Assembly: GCA_012295275.1 (NCBI GenBank)
Contig: CM022665.1
Span: 44,640,001 to 44,704,000 of the forward strand
DNA from: Chrysomallon squamiferum
Taxonomy: Eukaryota > Animalia > Mollusca
Direction: 5' to 3'
DNA: 64,000 bases
The notes under the pieces were generated by a model that saw only the letters and a list, made by a program, of their open reading frames with translations, searched no databases and was not told where the DNA came from. This document shows, one piece after another, positions 53,549 to 64,000 of this stretch; position 1 is the first letter of the stretch; every line of letters starts with the position of its first letter. Position numbers and translations under genes: made by a program.

Positions 53549-55438
53549 ATAATAATAATAATAATAATAACAGTAATAATTACAATAACACACATTCTGA
53601 AAAAAAGATAAACAACAACAAACAGTCAATGATTTCTCTAATTTTTCAAAACCAATGAGCGGAACTTTAGATGCTTTGATCAAAAACAGAAATGTACAGT
53701 GACCAAAACAATCATATTTTTACACAGCTGTATGTATACCCACGCAGTGTATAGGGAACACTGCACCCAGTTATTAACAATTTAACCCAGTTAACGGACA
53801 TTAATATCAAACTAAATGTACTGTTTCTTGTATATACATCAATATAAATCAATCAGAAATCAGAACACTGCACTTTGGTTCTTTGTTTCAGTAATGGCCT
53901 GTACTATAAAATTATTGCCAATACATTTTTTTGTTTGTTTATACATAATGTGAAGTAAAGTACTAAAATTCCTGCTGTGACATTTACCAATGAAAGGTAC
54001 CTAAAGTATTCTAAAGCCAGTTGCTCGTTATATATATTCATTGAAGGAGTTTTAGCTGTTCTGTGAAATTTTAAATTAAAATGTTTTGTTTTGTTTTATC
54101 AGTTGTAGTAATTATTTGTTCTACCCATTTGTAGCTAATTAATGTTGAATTTGAACAGCAGGATTAAATGTAGAAGATTTCTATAGATATATAAATATGT
54201 CATTTTTGAGGCATCAGGCATGTTATCATTTTAAAGCATAATTTAAAATCCTTAAATGAAAATAAATAGATAAAATGTAAATAAATTAACAAATAAAATA
54301 AATAAATAAACAAAAATATAAATAAATAAAACAAAATTTTAATAATAATAATAATAACAATAAATACAATAATAAATACAATAAATAAAAAGTACTTCTG
54401 CTGCTACTCAGTACTATTACTACTGCTAATACTACACTACTACCATTACATACTACTACTACTTATTACTCCTACTACTACTAAATCAACTACTGCTACC
54501 ATTAAACTACTACTTCTATTGCTGCTGCTGTTACTACTACTACACCTTTAGCACAGTTACCACTAAAAAAAAAAAAAAATTAAAAGAAAACATTATTTTC
54601 TCCAACTTGAATTCAGAAATTACATCTTTATTTTTGCACACTATTTGCACATAACGCTATTGCTATGTTTCGTGAGAATGGGTCACATCTGTGGTTTAGT
54701 CCTTAGCAGTTATTAACCTCTGATTGTAAACAGCTAAAAAAAAAAAAAAAAAAAAAAAAAAAAGAAGAAAGAAAAAAAGAAACAATTCTAGTTAATAATA
54801 ATAACTTTGAATGGGCATCTGATTCAATGTAATTTATGTGGGTTTTTTTTTAATGTGTTAGCTTTTGTTCAAACCCATCCTTCCTGATTCGTGAAATAGT
54901 TTCTTTTGATTTATCTTAATGGATTCTGCTGTTACTAATAGCATTAGTCTTTACAAATTACATACCCAGAAATCGCCGATTAATGACAAGCACAAAAAAT
55001 AAATAGATAAATAATAATAAAAAATAAAATAAAAGAAATGTGTGTTTGTGTGTATGTCTGTGCGTGTGTGCGTGAAGAGTTAAAGGTGAGGGAAATAATT
55101 AAAATAAAGAAAAAAAAAACAAAACCTGTTTGTGGTGACCGAACTATTTTCATTCTTGATAGTGCTCCTTCTGTTTCTCGGTGTGTGTTTATTTAGTTAC
55201 GATTGTATGTTTATATAGTATTTCGTTTTTGAGTGTATATACATATGTATATATTTTATATATTATTTTAAATGCAGAAGAACTACATGGTGATCAAAAT
55301 CTTGGGAGAGCAGAACAAGACATGGTCTTATTTGAACCTTTCTCTGTGGGTGAAGTTTACAACGGAAGTCAGACGAAACAAGTTCATGTGAAACCGGACC
55401 AGTCTAATCATGATGTGGAAATAAATGTCCAGTTTTGA
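31414..55438 (+). CDS. TRAPPC10: Trafficking protein particle complex subunit 10 (TRAPP II, Trs130 homolog), ~1145 aa; exons 31414-31438, 32228-32309, 32904-33036, 33703-33896, 34562-34757, 35199-35310, 38052-38299, 38962-39108, 39663-39777, 40143-40222, 40835-40926, 41263-41403, 41745-41848, 42451-42975 (one extra base near 42901), 43600-43744, 44876-45105, 45542-45642, 46136-46259, 48147-48311, 51285-51468, 52218-52352, 55278-55438
   Basis: Translation begins MEAKPIVTCHGDQALF...EWRRSYGRPPK and includes EELAFMLEMLGLWDDALVQYDELDALF, LLEFRDYLFSRQC, WVFLSCLEVL, ELAMGTFKHIGRFRS and EVYNGSQTKQVHV, all recognisable TRAPPC10 motifs. Exon phases are consistent throughout once one base is removed in exon 14 (total 3439 nt = 3n+1). 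Confidence 0.93.
37760..38053 (+). repeat. Three ~101-bp tandem units ending at the TRAPPC10 exon 7 acceptor
   Basis: CTATATTGAAATACATTTTCTGATATTTGCACAG|CT recurs ending near 37850 and 37951, then as the real site at 38051. Confidence 0.85.
41404..41744 (+). other. U12-type (minor spliceosome) GT-AG intron, TRAPPC10 intron 12
   Basis: 5' site GTATCCTTAA (U12 consensus RTATCCTT); branch site CACCTTGAC (A at 41734) 10 nt from the terminal AG; no extended polypyrimidine tract; flanking exons join in frame (QPHK|YLHT). Confidence 0.85.
43330..43590 (+). repeat. Degenerate ~19-20 bp tandem repeat (TTTTCTAAGAACCACTGTA) abutting the exon 15 acceptor
   Basis: About a dozen TTTCTAAGAA/TTCCAAGAA motifs at near-regular spacing. 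Confidence 0.7.
43724..44300 (+). repeat. Six to seven ~96-bp units starting with the 3' end of TRAPPC10 exon 15 and its donor
   Basis: ACTTCAAACC(G/A)GTAAAAGCAG|GTGAGAAAA...GGACTTTGTCCACTCTGGTCATTC repeated; GT at 43745 (real), 43842, 43937, 44028, 44173 and ~44283. Confidence 0.9.
44638..44880 (+). repeat. Three ~80-bp units ending at the TRAPPC10 exon 16 acceptor
   Basis: AATTTCAG|ACAAA with AG ending at 44712, 44790 and 44875 (real). Confidence 0.9.
46260..46445 (+). repeat. Short tandem duplications beginning at the exon 18 donor
   Basis: GGAATAACTGACCAACCACACATCACATACATTATTCTTAATT twice plus a degenerate third; repeated TAAGGAATAA. Confidence 0.75.
47480..48150 (+). repeat. Degenerate tandem units (TTCTATTTCTGTGTT...AAATTACAG|ACA) ending at the exon 19 acceptor
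   Basis: TTACAG|ACA copies with AG at ~47732, ~47913 and 48146 (real), plus partial copies interleaved with (TA)n/(CA)n. Confidence 0.7.
51462..51975 (+). repeat. ~20-bp minisatellite (TATCTACA(G/T)xTATTTAACACT), >20 copies, starting at the exon 20 donor
   Basis: The unit derives from TCTACAG|GTTTTTAACATTTA at 51462-51482. Confidence 0.88.
52055..52224 (+). repeat. Degenerate ~20-bp repeat (TTTGTTTT..ATCAG(A/G)T.ATG) ending at the exon 21 acceptor
   Basis: About 8 TCAG-containing units; decoy TTTCAG|GT at ~52196, real site at 52217. Confidence 0.65.
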
Positions 55439-56472
55439 AAAAAATAAATATATTTATATACATATATATATTTGAACATTTGCTGTCGGTGTTTTTAACA
55501 GCTGTTTGAGAGAATACGTTGACTATGAGATATGGATTTGAACGTTTAAGAATGAGTTCATGAAAAACAACGAACGTTCGACTTTGTACTACGATGCGCA
55601 ATTTTCGTAGAGGAATTTACCACTATTACGAGATAACTACGTAATGTTCGAAGTTTCGGCTGTTTTAATATCTGAATATAGTGTGTTTTCTTTGATGATT
55701 CAAAGTCGTGAAATGTATAAAACTTTTTTTTTTTTTTTTTTAAAGAAGAAGAAAAACCACAACAACAAGATATATTAATTTAATAGGCTCATAGAATCAA
55801 AAATATAAATCGAAAATACAAGTCAGTATTAACATTATTTAGGCAAACGAAACAGTGGAAAGGAAAATCTGGTTATTGTTTCAAGACGAAATGAACATTG
55901 TCATACTAGGAGAATATATTAAAGAAAACAATATTCTGTAAACGTTACGTAAAACATTATAACTGTCATAATCCACTGACCTATTTAAATCATTAAACCA
56001 TTAAAACGCAATTAATAAACGAAAATGACAACTTGGATTGTCTGTGTTATATTACATGAGCTTATCCCTCCTAAGAAAAAATAAAATAAAATCTAAATAA
56101 ATAAATTATATATATAAAGTATTGATAATGCCAAGGAAAACTTGTTTCATCTGTTCTACCATTGATTAAATACTGTGGGAATTATTAGCTGTAAGTTAAA
56201 TAATATAGATAAATAAATAAGAATTATAAGAAAAAAAGGGACCATCATTACAAGTCGGTCCCTCAAACTTAACTTTTTATATAGTATTTCATCTTATTCA
56301 TAATAGATCAAAAGTGTAAAAAATACATTTAGATTATAACGTACCAGTGAAAAATGCAGTTTAAAACAAATGTTATGTTCGTGAAGGTTATTTTATTTAT
56401 ATAGAAAACTAATCTTTTCTAATAACAAATTATGATGAAGTAACAAAATTTGGGGTGGTTAACGGACGCAAT

Positions 56473-56475
<3 letters not shown>

Positions 56476-56548
<73 letters not shown>
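56476..56548 (+). repeat. (CT)n microsatellite
   Basis: Pure CT run. Similar (CT/GA)n runs occur at ~39993, 41590, 57215, 60171, 62263 and 63498; (AAT)n runs at ~2663, 3863 and 9446; (TG)n at ~46979. Confidence 0.95.
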
Positions 56549-56552
<4 letters not shown>

Positions 56553-57206
56553 CATCACGCACTCCAAACACACCACACTACAAACACAATAACATTATTT
56601 AGACGCTCAGTTTCTTTCAGTTTCTACAAAAGACAAATGCTGATAGAAATGAACAAAACAGAAAAAGTACATTTAAAATAACAGATGTAGAATACTTTTG
56701 TAATGTATTAAAACGGAATAACCACTCCTTATAAGTACATATGGCAATAGGAACAAATAATTTAGATACATTTTGCTTAATTCTCTGGGTTTAATTTATT
56801 TCTAATCGTTAACTGAATGTTTGCTAATAATCAAAGTATGACAATGTAATGTAAAATTCATGCGACAGATAAATTCAATGGTTCCTGACATTTTCACAAA
56901 CAAGGATCTCTTGTTATTTGAATTATTTTCCGACTGAGTTCCAATTTTTTCAAAGTCTTATCAACTCAACAAATTGATTTGATTAAATAGCAACAAATTC
57001 CCAGTATCAAAAAATAATTTTTTACATGTAACTGATTAGTATCAATATTCAAATGAAGCCAACGTGTTTACTCATTTTGAACTAAGTTCACAGATTCCCA
57101 TGGGTCTATGGGCAACATCATTAATGAGTATGGCAATTTACTCATCAGCGAACCTAAAGTGACTAACTCGTAGATAAAATTGTCTTAGCTATCAACTGTA
57201 TCTGCT

Positions 57207-57340
<134 letters not shown>

Positions 57341-57388
57341 ACTATGAAACATATAGAAAACGAACTATTTTGATGGCATATATCGTTC

Positions 57389-57680
57389 GCCATTTGCAAA
57401 GGTTAATGTTAAAAAAATCACTTGTAATTATATCAAACTTTATTTTTTTTTAATACCTTATTTTTTTAAAATGTTTATGTCATTCATTCATGATATCACA
57501 ATGTAACATAAACTAATAATTGTATTTCACAGCCATTTGCAAAGGTTAATGTTAAAAAAAATCACTTGCAAATATATCAAACTATATTATTTTTTTTTTT
57601 TTATCTTATTTTTAAAAGATTTATGTCATTCATTCATGATATCACAATGTAACATAAACTAATAGCTGTATTTCACAGCT
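57389..57680 (+). repeat. Tandem duplication of ~143 bp downstream of the GPCR stop
   Basis: GCCATTTGCAAAGGTTAATGTTAAAAAAATCACTT at 57389 and 57532. Confidence 0.9.
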
Positions 57681-57869
57681 ATTAAAGAGAAATAAACTTG
57701 TAGTAATAACAGTTATAAATTACATTTGAATAATTCTCAGCAATCTACCTTACCGAACGACTAATCTTTAAAAAAAAAAAAAAAAAAAAAATACTGTTAT
57801 TAATAAAAGTCTGGTGGCATAACAACGTTACATATATAATCACATAATTCATCTACCGAATATTTCCTG

Positions 57870-58847
57870 TTACACACCGTCGTCCACAGACTGAGGTGAG
57901 GGAGCCACTTTTCTCCTCCATTTTTTAAATATCTCTTCTCTGATTTTCCTCCGTATAATGGCGTACATTACAGGGTGCACCACGGTCGTCATGTACGCTA
58001 ACATGAGGCATGAAATCTTTGCCATACTGATGTGGATGCTGTCTTTCACTACCATCTGTACCAGAGTTACCACTACGTGCGGTCCCCACAGGAACGCAAA
58101 CGTTATAACAATTGCCATGGAAACGCGAAGTTTTTTCTGGTCCCTCTTACGCTGGAGGTACTTCGTAACGGTGTTGGCCGAAAACGTACCGGAAACGGAA
58201 ACAACGGCGTTGGTGACGCTGCCTCGTTTTGACGCGGACTTGCAAATGGCGACGTAGAAGAGAATCATGCCCACGGTGGTGATGACGAAAGTTATCACGT
58301 AGAAGAGCTCGTAGAAGTAGTAGGGATGGTTGTGGTTGATGACGTAGTTGCAGCTGAAATACGTCATAGTGATGTTGCTCGACAGGGATTCTTCGTTCAG
58401 CGCGAAAAATGGCGTCGAGAAAGACAGCGCTGCCAGCGACCAGATCAGAGCAAGGAAGTAATTCAACTTGGTTGTGATTATGCGCTCTCGTGTCGGCGTG
58501 ACGATCGCAAAATACCTATCCAGACTGACCATCAACAACGTCATCAAGCTTGCGACGCTGACGAAGGCGACAACGGCTTCAAGGAAGTAGCAGAACACGT
58601 TGGACACAATGTACGACTTGAACAACGCCGCCAGCGTTAGGGGAATGGCCGTCAGACAGAGAACGAGATCGACAATGTTGAGATTGCGGATGAAGTGGTT
58701 GCCTTGACCTTGGTCTTGGTTCGTCAGCAGGACACGATGGCTGGCAACCAAGACGATGACGTTGAAAAATACGCCGAGCAGAAGCTGAACAACCAGAATG
58801 ACGGCAGCTACTGTAACGAAAGCGAGGTTGTAACGAAGTTGCCACAT
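57870..58847 (-). CDS. GPR22: Class A (rhodopsin-like) GPCR, GPR22-like, single coding exon, 325 aa
   Basis: Seven hydrophobic segments; NLNIVD (TM2), CYFLEAVVAFVSV and SLDRY (TM3), FLWGP (TM6), LAYMTTVVHPVMY (TM7, HPxxY replacing NPxxY). These resemble GPR22 motifs as recalled (CCFHEACVSFASV, MAYGTTIFHPLLY). Orthology is by recalled similarity only. Confidence 0.8.
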   Translation of the reverse strand: MWQLRYNLAFVTVAAVILVVQLLLGVFFNVIVLVASHRVLLTNQDQGQGNHFIRNLNIVDLVLCLTAIPLTLAALFKSYIVSNVFCYFLEAVVAFVSVASLMTLLMVSLDRYFAIVTPTRERIITTKLNYFLALIWSLAALSFSTPFFALNEESLSSNITMTYFSCNYVINHNHPYYFYELFYVITFVITTVGMILFYVAICKSASKRGSVTNAVVSVSGTFSANTVTKYLQRKRDQKKLRVSMAIVITFAFLWGPHVVVTLVQMVVKDSIHISMAKISCLMLAYMTTVVHPVMYAIIRRKIREEIFKKWRRKVAPSPQSVDDGV

Positions 58848-60183
58848 TTCCAGATTGGTGAATACACGTAAAATCAGGCACTCTTACTGATTTAATATTC
58901 GAAGGTATTAAATCAGTGTAACGTACAAGAGATTTAATTCAACATCACAGCTAGTTGTAACATTTCTAAGACTGAGCGTTAGTAGTTCCAGTCTTTCCAT
59001 ATCATTGTTCGTTGGCACAACCAGATTTCCGAAACCGTTATTAAATTCTCATGTGTTTTTTCCTTTCTTTTGCTTTCTTTCTTCGGTTAGAATGTATAAA
59101 AATTCCGTCCTGGAAGCTTTGTAATCACTGTGCTCTGTTATATAAAAGTCTTATATCCCAACCACCACGTAGTGCAATAAAAGAATCGTTTTCATTATCC
59201 GCACTGTATTGTGTACACTTTGCCCTGGTCTGATTAGCACCGCTAATCCGTCTAAGAAAAGTCTTGGAAATGCCATCTGTAAGTCAGCCAGCCAGTCAGC
59301 TTTCGAACGTCACTTAACCAAAGTAAATACTTACTGCAAATTACTAATTGTGTTTAACCAAGCTGCTTTCCGATTGGATCGCCGCTAACTTCGTCGCCAT
59401 TTTGAAAGTCACGCGCTTTCTTACGGATATTAGTTTTGATCACGCGCACGGTTTTGTTCTTCTTCATTTCTTCTTTTTCTTGTCTTTTTTTTATTCTCTC
59501 TCTCTTTCTCTTTTTTTTTTTATTATTTTTTTTTCTTCTTAACAACAAATGTTAATAATCTTGTTTCGTATTTCGAACAAAAAACCATATTTTTTTTAAA
59601 TTTAATATTCCTAAATGGTTTTACCCTTGTTAAATAATTGTTTTTATTTTCTTTCGTTATCTTTCGAAAACACATCAGAACTTTTGATGGATTTTTCTTT
59701 TCCTTCCTTCTTTTCTTTTCTTTCTTTCTTTCTATTTTTTTTCCCTTTCTATTTATTAAATTGCATCTGAATTGTTGATGCAAATACATCTTCTCGACAT
59801 GTTAATAATAATAACGATAATGCACATCTTCTTGCACAATGATTTAACAGTATTGACATTCCAGTTAGCAAACCATTCGACCGGGTCACGACAAAATATT
59901 GTACTGCTGAGTTAATTACGCTGTTAGTTTTACGCTTATCGGTAAACAGAATGCAGTCGTTGGCAATCCGGTCCCCTTTTATCGTGCTGTTCAACAAGAA
60001 GAAAATTTAATTAATGAATCTGCGGTGAAATTATAACATGTCGGGTTAACGATATGAGAAGATTTTACAGATTATACGGCAAGCACAGTTGAAAATATAT
60101 AAAAAAAAAAAAAAAAAATCTCACTTAGTTATGTTTGACATTAATGTATTGTGAAATTATTTACACGAATCTCTCTCTCTCTG

Positions 60184-60252
<69 letters not shown>

Positions 60253-60930
60253 GTGTGCGTGTGCGTGTGTGTGTGTGTGTGTATGACTATGAGTATGCAG
60301 ATGCGCGAATATGTAATCTGGCTCCGATCTGTACATCACTATTCAATTATAATTTAAATTTGTGTTTATAAATGCACACTATATTCAGTTTGTTTTGTTA
60401 ATAATACCATAAATAAATACAGAATATATCATTCAGTATATTTTGTTAATAATGCCATATACAATTATACCACATGTTCAGTATTTTTGATTAATAATAC
60501 CATATAAGAATACACCATTCTATATTCAATATTTTTATGAATAATACCATTTTGTTTTCATTTGCGTAATTTGCTAATTAGAGCAATTAATTAAGTTATT
60601 TATGTATTTATTTATTTATATTTTAATTTATAAAATGTATCTTCTGCAGCATAAATTTTGTTAACTGGAAGAACGCTGCAGAAACCAGTCTATTTGAATT
60701 ACAGTCACAGTGGAATGTTCAGGTAGGCCCAGTTTGCCACATATCTGAAAAATACCACGTGCTATGTTTGAGATCCTTCAAATAACATAAAAGGCAACAG
60801 TGCTAAAACAATAAAAGAAATAAGAGGAGTCAGCGCTTTGAGAATCTGATTATTAATTTTTTTTTTTTTTCTGTTACGGTGATCCAAAAATGTGAAAAAG
60901 GAAACTTCCGCGATCGTCATTGTAAAGGCG

Positions 60931-61340
60931 CCTTTATGTTAGAGTTGTTACAATCCTTTATGTTAGCGTTGTTACAATCCTTTATGTTAGAGTTGTTACA
61001 ATCCTTTATGTTAGCGTTGTTACAATCCTTTATGTTAGAGTTGTTACAATCCTTTATGTTAGCGTTGTTACAATCCTTTATGGTAGAGTTGTAACAATCC
61101 TTTATGTTAGAGTTGTTACAATCCTTTGTTAGAGTTGTTACAATCCTTTATGTTAGCGTTGTTACAATCCTTTATGTTAGAGTTGTAACAATCCTTTATG
61201 TTAGTGTAGTTACAATCCTTTATGTTAGAGTTGTTACAATCCTTTATGTTAGCGTTGTTACAATCATTTATGTTAGAGTTGTTACAATCCTTTATGTTAG
61301 AGTTGTTACAATCCTTTATGTGAGAGTTGCAACAATCCTT
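60931..61340 (+). repeat. 24-bp minisatellite (CCTTTATGTTAG(A/C)GTTGTTACAAT), ~17 copies
   Basis: Near-perfect units read directly; it explains the repetitive ORFs at 60879, 61104 and 61116. Confidence 0.95.
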
Positions 61341-62250
61341 TCGCCAGCCCCTAGTGAATGGAATCTGTTCTATAAAGCCCTCAGAAAAAAGATAAAAAAA
61401 ACAGTTCCGTCGTACTAGCGATAGCTTAACCACAAATGACAATATTACTGATCATCACAAAAAATCAAGATTCGCTGCATCTTGAAAGAAAAAGTTCAAT
61501 ATCAAATCAGCTAATCATCCGTAGATCCAGAATCTGTTATCGGAAACAAATCTATTTTTGGTGTGTTGTGCTCCTGAACTGCTGTGAGAAAAATAAGTCA
61601 CGTAAAACTGTAGCGTTACGGCCAAAGCCCTGTAAACTCATTAATATTTTTTTATTTTATTTTATATCGACTCTAATAAAAAAAACCACGACGAGAGACG
61701 TAAATATTGACTGTAACAGGAATCACAGATTGCTTCTGTAGTAAACGAAGTCCGTGGATAAACAGAAAACATAAAGTACTCTGAAGGTTTTACGACTAAT
61801 GAAAACGTCAAATAAAAATCAGATCTAACAGATAGAAACTGAGGTAAATGCTTGTACTAGTGATGTATTTAGATTTATATTTGGATGTATGTATGTATAT
61901 ATGTATGTATGTATATATATATATGTATCTATGTATGTATGTATATATATGTATGTGTCTATGCATGTATGTGTGTTTAGAGATAAATATATGAGTACAG
62001 ATGTACACATTTATATATGTTATATATGTGTATGCATTTTTTATTTATATATATATATGTGTGTATTTGTGTCTATATCTATATATGCATGAATGCATGT
62101 ATGTTTGTATTTATTGTGTGTGTGTGTGTGTGTGTGTTGAAAGCAGTGTTATTTTCATGATGCTGACTAGGATGAAGAACAGAGGCCAGTAATTTTTTTT
62201 TTCTTCTTAGTCACCTACGTCCTAGAACTCCAATGATTAACGCACTTTGC

Positions 62251-62308
<58 letters not shown>

Positions 62309-62628
62309 GTCTCTCTCTGTGTATGTATCCATGTACGTATGTTTGTGTATGTTTTTATGTATATGTTTATTTAAATATTTGTGTGTGTGTACGTGTGTGT
62401 GTGTGTATGCCTGTGTGTGTGTGTGTGTGTTTATACGTATGCAGTACTAGTTCACTGCATGTATCTCTGTATGGATGTATTGTAGACAGGTACATACGGA
62501 CTGATGTTGATCTTTGAATCTCTGGAAATCAAAATTGTAATTGGCGAGATAACGTAGACAAAAGCAAATAAAAATTAATTAGAAAGTAAAAACAGTCACA
62601 TATATAAAACCTAAAGTCTACTTTAGCC

Positions 62629-62660
<32 letters not shown>

Positions 62661-62991
62661 AACACTTTTAATGATACAAAATTTGTTTGGTTTAGAAAAA
62701 TCAATTTAAGGTGGTATTGTTTGAAACGTACGCTTTAAAATATTGTATGCATGAGACAATAAGTACGAATATATCAAACTAATCTCTCTCTCTTTCTCTC
62801 TCTTTTTTCGGTCTGTCTGTTTGTCTGTCTCTCTATTTCTAATTGTTTATACATTATATTCGCATTTCATTTCCAATATTAAAAAAAATTAATAAAAAAT
62901 ATTAATAATAATATAATCAAACATGTCATGATTAAATTTTTTTTTTATAATTATCTTCTTCTTTTTATACATAATTATACAAGTCAGTTTC

Positions 62992-63022
<31 letters not shown>

Positions 63023-63493
63023 TAATAACAGAAATTTTTAAAAACTGTGAACAGAACGGATCAATATTTGTTTAACAGCACATCATTTTAAGTGTAAAGA
63101 ATTTCGTTTTTTTAATCATCGAATCAAAGACAACTGCTGCAAGACGGTGCATTGGTATTGTTGGCGCAGCTTCGCAGACAAAAGAGAAATTATGGTTTTG
63201 AAAGAAAGGTCGCGTCAACGTAAAAAAAAAAAAAAAAAAATTGAAGTGTATCGATCCTAGGACCTGCTGCACTTAACATATTCACCAAACACATATTAAA
63301 ATATGTTTGTATTTTTAGAAACTTTCCCTATTACTTATTTTGAAAGAAATTTTGAGATATGCATCCAGTTGGTAGTATCTGTTGATGCGTTACCTTCACT
63401 ACTGTAGCCTTCGTCTTTTTTTATACTAAATATTTGTAGTACGTACTTTCTTAACAAATGGAAGAGCATCTAAGACAAATATGTTTCAATCAG

Positions 63494-63566
<73 letters not shown>

Positions 63567-64000
63567 GCCATTGCCTATCATTGACAAAAAGTTACAAACG
63601 CTTAATCGCTACTTACGTTGATTACTGAATTTATTAAATATCTGTTCAACAGCTTCTCGTTATATTCTGATACTGGCGGTTTTTTAGATGTTTTTATTGT
63701 TATTATTAGTTTTTATAATTATTATAAACTGAAAAGAGGAAACACGCTATTGCCTTCATACTGAGTTTGCTGATAAAGAAAGGAATTTTATATAGAAAGG
63801 AAGGCGTATTCCAAGACCGTTTATGAATAGTATGCGAACAGCCCAAAAGAGAGGAATAATTCCGCAGACAATAAATGGAGTATCAAGGCAGCACTGGAAC
63901 TATTGCACAGTGGTTCAGATACGGATAGATATGTGGTGTCATAAATAGCAATACATAATGTTTTAGATAATGCCAATTTCAATGTGTTCGTGTATATTTG

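Noticed and set aside
57958-58881. Alternative-frame and antisense ORFs over the GPCR
   Set aside because: Shadow ORFs of a GC-richer coding region with no independent motifs.
60879-61442. Repetitive ORFs (MLELLQSF..., VVTILYV..., NIKDCNN...)
   Set aside because: Translations of the 24-bp minisatellite; open only because the unit is a multiple of 3 with no stop.

Overview
AT-rich, microsatellite-dense eukaryotic (animal; mollusc/lophotrochozoan-like by inference only) genomic DNA. Five protein-coding genes can be rebuilt by hand from splice sites and translation: (1) the first three coding exons of an SFT2-domain vesicle transport gene (minus; runs off the left edge); (2) a KCTD-like gene with a low-complexity N-terminus, a Cys/His motif, a coiled coil and a C-terminal BTB/T1 domain (plus); (3) CMSS1 (minus, 7 exons), head-to-head with (4) TRAPPC10 (plus, 22 exons, one U12-type intron, one apparent +1 frameshift in exon 14); and (5) a GPR22-like class A GPCR with a single coding exon (minus). 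Most short ORFs in the track are microsatellite artefacts. The most striking unexplained structure is a set of tandem repeats whose unit spans a real splice junction. They create arrays of decoy acceptors or donors at roughly eight to nine junctions, including a ~22-copy acceptor+ATG array that forms a chain of ATGA-overlapping 11-codon ORFs. Also notable are an in-frame upstream ORF of the GPCR whose two stop codons coincide with a perfect 12-bp hairpin, a pre-miRNA-like hairpin in TRAPPC10 intron 1, and a candidate antisense exon.
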